DNA of 64,000 nt from Parvularia atlantis. Its lineage: Eukaryota. Where the stretch lies: the NCBI GenBank assembly GCA_943704415.1, contig CALSCO010001666.1, forward strand, positions 1-64,000, written 5' to 3'. The first letter of the stretch is position 1, and the number at the start of each line of letters is the position of its first letter. Below the pieces are notes generated by a model. It had not been told where the DNA came from. It saw nothing but the letters and a program-made list of their open reading frames with translations, and ran no database searches. This document shows, one piece after another, positions 56,358 through 64,000 of this stretch. Position numbers and translations under genes: made by a program.

Positions 56358-57831
56358 TCACTCGGTCGGCGTAAGGAACGATTGGCGCGTCTTCTTCATG
56401 TAGCGCTCGAGCAGCATTGAAAAGTCGCGCAGGACGAACGCGCAGAGCACGTTGTAGAAGAAGTCCGAGACGCGCTTGAGCTTGTTGACAATGATCGCCT
56501 CCTGCGCCGCCTCAAAGTGGTTGATCCAGTTGTCTGCACGGCGGGCCGTCGCGTCAGCGCCAGGCGGGCACGCGCAGCGCAGCGCAGCGCACTGAAGAAC
56601 TGGCTCAGCTCGAAGACCTGGATGAGCAGCTCGATGTACGCCGTGTCGTCGTCGCTGCGCGCGAGGGCGCGCCGTCAGCGCGGCACAGCCGCAGCCGCCG
56701 CGTCACGCACATCTTGAGCCGCATTACGTTGGCCTGCAACCGCTCCACGGACTTTGAGATCTTGCTGCCCATCTGCGCGAGGCGCGCGCTCATGTTTTGC
56801 ACGGCGACGTTCTGCGCGGTGGACGTGGCGTCTGAGCGGCGGCGCTGTCGCCACACGGCGAGCGTGAGGCACCTTCTCCTGCTTGAGCTCGCTGATGAAC
56901 TTGAGCTTGCGCGCGAGCGCGTTCTGCACGTTCTCCAGCTGCGCGATGAACTCGTCCAGGTCCTGCGCGCCCCCACGCGTTCGTTATACACCCCCCCATG
57001 GCCCGCGCACGCCACCACACCCGGCCGCGCGCGCGCACCTTGGACACCTTGTTTGTGTCCGTGAGCGTCTCGTCCTGAAGCTTCTGCAGCCAGATCAGGA
57101 TCGTCTCGCAGTTGGTAAACTTGGACTCGATCGCCGTGAACTTGGCGCCCTGCTGAAACCTGACCGCGCGCGTGCGCGCGATGTGAGCGCACGGTTGCGG
57201 TGCGGTGCGGTCCGCTCGCACCAGACGTTGCGCGGCACGTAGAGCTTGGGTGTCATGTAGCCGCCGCGGGTCATCGTGAGCGCGAGCAGCTTCATGAGCC
57301 AGTACGGCCGCCGCAGCGGGTCGGACGGCGCCGTCTCGGGCATGGTCTGCGGCATCGTAAGCGCCTGTGCAGCCGACCGCGGCAGTGGCCCCGCGCGGCG
57401 CACCCCAATCGGCGGCTGCTCCTTGAACGTGAACGCTGAGAGTGAGGGTGGCGGCATGTTGCGGCCGAGCTCGGGGATGTTTGTGATGATGATGTCGACG
57501 CGGTTGGTGTAGGACGTGATCTGCCGCGGCGCAGCGCGTGAGACGCGCACGGGGCGCCGCGGGGCGTGTCGGCGCACCGCCTCGATCAGCTTGTCGCGCT
57601 GCTCCTCGGGCACGGCCTCGAGCACCTTTTTGTTTTTTTCGAGCGCATGTGTTGGTAGCGCGCGGACAAACGGCGGGCACGTGCCCTCCCGCGCACCTGC
57701 TCGTCCAGCAGCAGGATCGCGTCCTTGTAGCACACGAGCGCCTGCTTGTAGTTGCCCTCGGCGTCGGCGCGGACCGCCTCCTCGGCGCGGAGCAGCGCGC
57801 TGCCGACCGCGACCCACTCTGTCGACGGCAT
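56358..57831 (-). CDS. MIT-domain protein with conserved helical C-terminal domain
   Basis: MIT-like AEEAVRADAEGNYKQALVCYKDAILLL, then RPYWLMKLLALTMTRGGYMTPKLYVPRNVW and FYNVLCAFVLRDFSMLLERYMKK. Confidence 0.78.
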
Positions 57832-58370
57832 CGGTCACCAAACTTTTCACGGTCGTGCTTGCGCTGCTGGTCGGCGTGCACGCGAGCGACGAGCCGACCG
57901 ACGTCGTGCCGACGTGGCGCTTCTACGTCGAGCGGGACGTGGACGCACAGCTCGCTCACGTTGCTAGCTTCATTTCTCTTCGACAGGTCCGCCGACCGCC
58001 GGGAACTGAAGCGCGTCAAGTGTTCGCGTCGCCTGTAGCTAGACGTGTCTCCCTTGTTCTACAGGGTGTGTGTGAGCAAATGGCAATGCTGCTCACGTGG
58101 GGTGTGCACGCATTCAGTCGGCCAGTGATGCCGGCTGAGTTAGCAGCGGGCAAAGTACCGGCGCGCATTCGGATCGCACGTTTGCCATGGCGGACGGATC
58201 TGTTGTCGCACGCGCATGCCACGCTTCGCGACCTCGCACGCGCGTGCATCGGCTCGCACCCCACTGGCATTGCCCTGCCCCGCTCGTGTGCCGACTCGCG
58301 CCACCACCACCACCCGTGGCGCAGATCTGCCGGCGCGCACGAGTCGCGTGACGCGGATCGCAGCCCGGCC

Positions 58371-60520
58371 ATGGACGACTTCATGAGCGAGCTCGGGCTC
58401 GACTACGAGCTGCAGAACTCGATCCTGCAGCAGGCCGCAGCCGCGCCCTCGCAGCAGCCGGTGCGCCCCGTGCGCCCCGTGTGCAGATGTGTGCGCATGC
58501 AGACACAAGCACATGCTGACGGACACTGCCAGGGCTCGGGCACGCGCGCGGCACTGCCGCCCGGCTACAAGGTCGAGCTGGCGCAGTTCAACCTGGACAC
58601 GTTCACGGCGTCGGGCGAGATCTGGACGGGTGCGCTGTCGCAACGGCGCGACGCTGGCTGATGTGCTGCCCCGTGGTAACGGCGCACAGACCAGGAGGCC
58701 CCGCTGCTGCCGCTGGCGACGTCGACTGCGACGAGCCTGTTTGACGTGCCGTCGCCGTTCACGTTTGGCGCCGCGGGCAGCCCCGTGCCGAGCAGCAAGA
58801 GCGTGTCGGGGCGACGCACGAGCTCGAGCGGCTTCGGCACTGCGACACTGCTCTCCACGTTCAACGTCCCCGCACCCGCCACGCCGCAGGCTGCGGCCGG
58901 GGCCCGACAGCCGACGGCGGCGTTCAACGAGAGCTCGTGGCACCGCAACGGCGCGCTCGGGCCACTGCAGACGCTGCCCGAGGCCAACGCTGCTCCGTCA
59001 CCGCTGGGCCTGCTCGGCGAGGCGGCGCAGCACCACGCGGCTGCGGCGGCTGCTGCGGCGGCGGCGACAGTGGCCCTCGGCGGGTCGTACGAGCGCCGGG
59101 CCAGCACAAGCTCGCTAAGCATGCTCGGCGACATCAGCCAGATGCAGCCGCGCGCGGCCACGGGCAACGTGCCTTCGCCCCTGCCGTCACTGCTGTGCGT
59201 GACCTGCGCAGCACACAACGCACCTCTCAAGTGCGTGCGGCAGGTGGCGCCCGGCCGTGGACTCGCCCTCGTCCGGCATGCCGCAGATCAAGTACGACGA
59301 CGACGCGGACGACGTCGTGCCCGTGGCAGAGGACGACGACGACGCGACGATGGACGTCGTCGAGATGCCGCACCGTGCCCTGCCCGTGCGCTGCGGTTCG
59401 GCAGTTGCGCAAAGAGAGAACCCACACACGCACGCGCACGCGCGCCTCAGCGTAAGCCTGGACACCGCAGGTCACAGACACCGCTGCCCGTGGACGAGTC
59501 GATCATCCCGTCTGGTGTGGCGACGCGCATCCGCACGCAGGAGACGTGATGTGACGTGTGCCCACGCGGCAGAGCTCAAGCGCAAGTGGGACGGCAGCGA
59601 CGGGTCGGGCGGCGCGATCAACATGCCCACAGCCAACATCCCGCCGTCGTCCATCACGTCCGCGGGCCGTGCGGCCGCTCGTCATGCATCGACTGGGCGC
59701 GCGATGACACGCGCATCGCACGCGCAGCATCCTTCCTCTCGCCCAGCCCTACCGCGCCGGCCAGCGTAACACACCGGCCGTTGGCAGCCTCGCACGGCGA
59801 AAGGCGGCGGCGCATGGACGGTGTGCTCGCCGTGCCGCGCCCGCCGTGCTGCGCGCCGTGACCCGCTGCCAGAGGACGATGGCTCGGGCCACGACGACTC
59901 ACCGCAGGACGAGCCCGCGGATGGCGAGGAGAAGAAGCGGTACGCGCACATCCACGCCGAGCAGAAGAGGAGAAACAACATTAAGCACGCGTTCGAGGAC
60001 CTGCGCGTGAAAGTGTGGCGCGCTGGGCCGAGGCGCACAGACGCGCTGACGCCGCGCTTGCGCAGCTGCCGCAATACCACGACAAACCCAACGCAAGCAA
60101 GACGCAGATCCTCAAGGGCGGTGCGTCCTGGGGCGGCGGCGGCCCGGTGCGCGCACTGACTACTCTGCCCAGCCGCCGAGTACATCGGCCAGCTGCTCGC
60201 GTTCCGCGAGGAGGTGGGCGTGCTGAGGCGCGAGCTTGAGATGGCGCGGCGGGTGGCGATGAGGTGCGGCGGCAGCTGTGCGCCGAGCAGGCCGTCTTGC
60301 TCACTGCACGAACAGCACGCCGGCCGCGACACCGCAGCCGGCCGCGGTCGGCGCGCAGGCACAGCCCTCCCAGTCGATGCCATCGCCGGCCGCGCTGGAC
60401 GCGCAGGCGAGGGGCGCGCGCAAGAACCCGCAGCGGCAACGCAAGGACACAGGCAGTGGGTCCGACGCGGTGCTGGCCAAGCGCCTGCCCAGTGACCACC
60501 ACCGGTCGTACTACGACTGA
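58371..60520 (+). CDS. bHLH-leucine zipper transcription factor of the Max/Mlx/Mondo group
   Basis: KRYAHIHAEQKRRNNIKHAFEDLR..LP......ASKTQILKGAAEYIGQL followed by a short zipper. H-E-R basic residues indicate a CACGTG binder. Confidence 0.85.
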
Positions 60521-60544
60521 GCCTGTATGCGCTGTGTAACGATC

Positions 60545-61253
60545 ATGACCACTGAGCAGTCGGAGGCGTCTGTGACGATCCGGCTCAACGGCGAGCCCGT
60601 GGCCGTGCCGGACGGGTTCAGCGAGCCGCCGAGCGAGGACGGTGCGGGGCGGGGCGCACACGCACGTGCGCATCGGTAGCTGATCGACCCCGCGCGCGCG
60701 TGAGCAGCGGCCCTCACGATGTTCCCGATGCCCGGCGGACCGCAGCGCGCGGGCGTTTCGGGGGCGGTGACGGGCGGGTCCGCGTCGCCCTCGGGGCGCA
60801 AGAAGGTCGTGCTGCCGCCGGGCCACTCGCACATGGACTGGGTGCGGCTCAAGAGCTCGGGCAAGAATCTGCGGGTGCGGCGGGGCTGATCGGCGCGCAC
60901 GCGTCATGCCCACACGCCTGCCCTCGTCCCACCCAGGGCGTCGATAGCGTCGGCCGGTACACCTACGCCGACATCCGCCAGCACAACAAGCCTGACGACT
61001 GCTGGATCGCGCTCAAGGGCAAGGTCTACAACGTCACGGCGTACCTCGACTTCCATCCGGGCGGGCGGCCGCGGCTGATGGCCGTGGCCGGCAAGGACGC
61101 CACGCGGCTGTTTGGTGCGTGCGGCGCAGCGCAGGCGCAGGTGCCGCCCGCGTGGGCGCTGAGGCCGCGCGGGTTGCGCAGACGTGACCCACACCTGGGT
61201 CAACTACGACTTCCTACTCAAGGAGTGCCTCGTCGGCTTCCTCGTGCCTGAGT

Positions 61254-61255
<2 letters not shown>
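60545..61255 (+). CDS. Cytochrome b5-domain protein (Irc21 / CYB5R4 N-terminus type)
   Basis: RKKVVLPPGHSHMDWVRL, HNKPDDCWIAL.GKVYNVT.YLDFHPGG, GKDATRLF and HTWVNY..LLKECLVG. Confidence 0.9.

Positions 61256-61291
<36 letters not shown>
61256..61291. repeat. (CA)n microsatellite between convergent genes
   Basis: Direct reading. Confidence 0.95.
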
Positions 61292-61292
<1 letters not shown>

Positions 61293-61345
61293 CGCGCGCC
61301 GTGCGAGCGTGGACAGGGCGGTACAGACAGCATACTCGGCCTCGC

Positions 61346-62232
61346 TCACGAGCTCGCAGCGCCCTCGGCCGCCGGCGGCACCAGCTGGCGCGCGGCAGGC
61401 GCGACATCAGACAGGCTGCTTGCGCGCGCCGCACGGCCCGTCGCGCACCACTTTGAAGTCGTCCGTGAAGAAGACCGAGGCGCGCGTGTTGGTCGTGAAC
61501 GCAAACATCGCGTCGAGCGCCTGCGCCGGGTCCTGCGGGCACGATACGCTCAGCACCCCCGAAGGCCCGGCGATCGCGCGACCGCCGTACGGTCGCCGTC
61601 GCGTCCGCAGGTGCCGTCGCGGTATTGTGCGCCACAAACGTCTTGTCGGACGGCGCGGCGGGCCCGTCCGCGTCGTCGTCGTCATCATCGTCGTCGGGGT
61701 CCACGCCACTCGCTGTCGCCACGGCCGCGCGCGGTGAGCACGCACGCGGGGTCAGCGAACACCGTGCGCACCCTGCTGCGCGAGCGTCGGCCCGGTCGGC
61801 ACCGCGGGCGCCTCGCTCTCGTCGGGCTGCCGCGTGCACGGTCAGTATCACACACCGCGCGCACAGCACCACGCCGCACCTTGTCCGCCGCATCGGCCGC
61901 GTCGAGCGTCAGGGCCGCCGTCGCCGCTGCGACGTCTGCGCGGTGCAGATCAGACTTGCAGTGTGCAGCGCGCGCGCACCTGTGGGCGACGCCGGCGTCT
62001 GCGCAGCCGTGTCTGCCTTGGCGGTCGCGCCGGACGTTGCTGCGGCTGCCTGCGACGTCTGTGCCCACGAGCGCACGGGGTCAGCACCGTCGTGTGTCGC
62101 GCGGCGACCGTGGCACACCAGGAACGCAAAGCAGGCGTTGCACACGCGCTCCGGGCGGTTGTTGGGGGGCAGGCTGAACTTTTGCTTGGTGCAGTTGCCG
62201 CACGCGACACGGCCGCACTGGCGGCAGTGATG

Positions 62233-62298
<66 letters not shown>

Positions 62299-63206
62299 CT
62301 GCGATACGAGGGCAATGGGGGGCGTCGCGCGCGCACGCGGCGGTTGAGCAGCGTGAACTTGGTCGTGCGGCAAACCATGCAGTTGTCCGCGTCCTTGTCC
62401 GGGATCCAGATCGCGGCCGGGTTGGCCTTGGTGTCGCGCTCGGCGGCTGCGCAGGTCCGAGCGGCGTGAGCTGTGACCCGGCACGGCCAGTGACCGACAG
62501 CGCGCAACTGGGCAGCTTCTTGATGCACAGGTTGATGTGCGTGATCCACTCGCGCGCCTCGTCGGGCGTGGCCGTGTACACGAGGAACGAGCGCTGCGGG
62601 TTGAAGATCTGGATCGCGCGCTCGTCGCTCGTGGCCGCGACCGAGATGTCCTACGGGGGCGCGTGCGTGGTCAGCGTGCGCGCGGCCCTCACCGGCCCGT
62701 GCGCACTTTAAGGTGCAGGAAGTGCGGCTCTGTGCGCGCGCGTGCGCGTCAGCGGTCGGCGATGGAGGGGCGCCCCGCGCGTACGCACTGTTGTAGCTCT
62801 TCTTCGAGACGAGGATGTCGGCGTACAGGAGCACGTCGGTGAAGAGGAAGAACTGGCGCGGCTTGAGCTTCTTGCTGCGGTTACCCGGCGCGGGTCGGCG
62901 GCGCACGGGCACGCGCGACGATCGATGCTCACCGGCACTGCTTGAGCAGGATGCCCTCGCCCACGAGCACGCGGCCGGGCTTGAGCAGGGGCTCCTGTGT
63001 TTTGGGTTTCGCGCGCATCGGCATCCGTCCGCACGCCTCCGCCCCGCCCTGCCGCTCGCGCGCGCCCGCTGCCGCGCCATACGCCCACGCACCGGCAGCG
63101 TCCCGAAGAACATGCTCTGGATCGTCTTGATGCGCTTCTCGTTGTCGCCCCACACGACGATGTCCTCGGCCGAGGGCACAGCCGTTGTCGTCGTCGCCTC
63201 AGCCAT
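61346..63206 (-). CDS. PLEKHF2: Phafin (PH-FYVE protein with acidic tail)
   Basis: PLLKPGRVLVGEGILLKQC.KKLKPRQFFLF.DVLLY, WIPD, RRHHCRQCGRVAC, RVC and a poly-Asp tail. Confidence 0.9.
62234..62295. repeat. (TG)n microsatellite in a Phafin intron, abutting the acceptor
   Basis: Direct reading. Confidence 0.95.
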
Positions 63207-63218
63207 GCGTTTCACACA

Positions 63219-64000
63219 ATGGCGCCGGGAGGAAGTGTGACAGCAAAGTCGCGAAGCGCACGCGCCGCGCTGCTGCTGCGCGCCTTTGCGGCGTGGGCCG
63301 CGTTCTCGGTCGTCGGCTTCCTGCCCGAGTTCTTCTTCCAGGTGCGCCTGTGCCTGCGTGTGACGTGCGGCGCAGCGCGGGGCCGACCGCGGCGGCGGCG
63401 GCGCCAGCTGTACGACGCGCTCGACCGTCTCGGCGTGATCTTCGAGCCCATTGCGGACCAGCCGCAGTCGGCGTGGGCGCTGGCCAACCACTTTGCGGGC
63501 TTTGCGGTGTTCCTATTCATGATCACGAACAAGAAGCGCTGGTGCAGCGTGCAGCGCGGCCCCGCGCTCGTCCGCTCACGGCGACGCGCCCCAGGCTCGT
63601 CATCCCCGTCGTGAGCACGGTCTGGTTCATGTGGCTGTGGCGGTGGTCGCAGCTGCCGCGCGAGTGGTGGTCGCTGGCGACGCACGTGCTCGGCTACCTG
63701 GTCATGGTCGTGGCACTGCTCATGGTCATGGGCGTGCTCTCGGGGCTCGTGTTCCTCTGGGTCGAGCTGCTCAGTTTCCTGCGCCAGCTGTGGATCTTCT
63801 ACCCCGAGTGCGTGCGCGCCCGTGGGCGATCTGCGCCCCCGCTGCTGCTCACGGCCTGTGTGCGTGCGTGCGTGCGTGCGTGTGTGTGCGTGCGCTCGCT
63901 CAGGGTCAAGCACGAGCTGCGCAGCCATCCGCTGCTTGAGGCCGTCATTGTCTCTGCCAGCGGGCCCGGCGCGACCGCGACGCCGATGATGGTCATGGGC
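63219..64000 (+). CDS. Multi-pass membrane protein, truncated by the window end
   Basis: Joined exons give several hydrophobic helices (AALLLRAFAAWAAFSVVGF; FAGFAVFLFMI; VLGYLVMVVALLMVMGVLSGLVFLWV). Canonical short introns. Confidence 0.7.

Overview
Very GC-rich, extremely compact eukaryotic nuclear DNA. It holds about 25 protein-coding genes split by many short (roughly 50-75 nt) spliceosomal introns, with donor GTGCGC/GTACGC-like, branch CTGAC/CTCAC and acceptor YAG. A noticeable share of donors are GC. Most long ORFs in the supplied track are GC-driven or antisense artefacts, so I rebuilt the genes by joining exons by eye. Coordinates are start-to-stop spans including introns. Gene order: SAM-like fragment, lanosterol synthase (-), IDI1 (+), HPS5/TECPR2-like (+), DEP-PH-Akt-like kinase (-), unknown (+), alpha/beta hydrolase (-), condensin CAP-D2 (-), intronless aldose 1-epimerase (+), LEUNIG-like LUFS-WD40 (-), mitochondrial uS15 (-), PAPS reductase (-), MsrB (+), SYCP2/Rec10-like (+), small secreted ORF (-), histidine phosphatase (-), RNF25 (+), RRB1/GRWD1 (-), FIP1 (+), VPS16 (-), RPL28 (+), RhoGEF (-), RhoGAP (+), NEDD4-family E3 (-), MIT protein (-), Mlx-like bHLH-ZIP (+), cytochrome b5 protein (+), Phafin (-), and a truncated membrane protein (+). 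The lanosterol-type cyclase and the mix of animal-like and fungal-like genes suggest a unicellular opisthokont, possibly a nucleariid (inference). Highlights: functionally coupled head-to-head pairs on tiny spacers (LSS/IDI1, RhoGEF/RhoGAP, PAPS reductase/MsrB), divergent spacers as short as 12 bp, a SYCP2-like meiotic axis gene, a plant-type LEUNIG architecture, and a DEP-PH-Akt-like kinase. No rRNA, tRNA, CRISPR or recognisable transposon was seen. All homology calls come from remembered motifs, not database searches.
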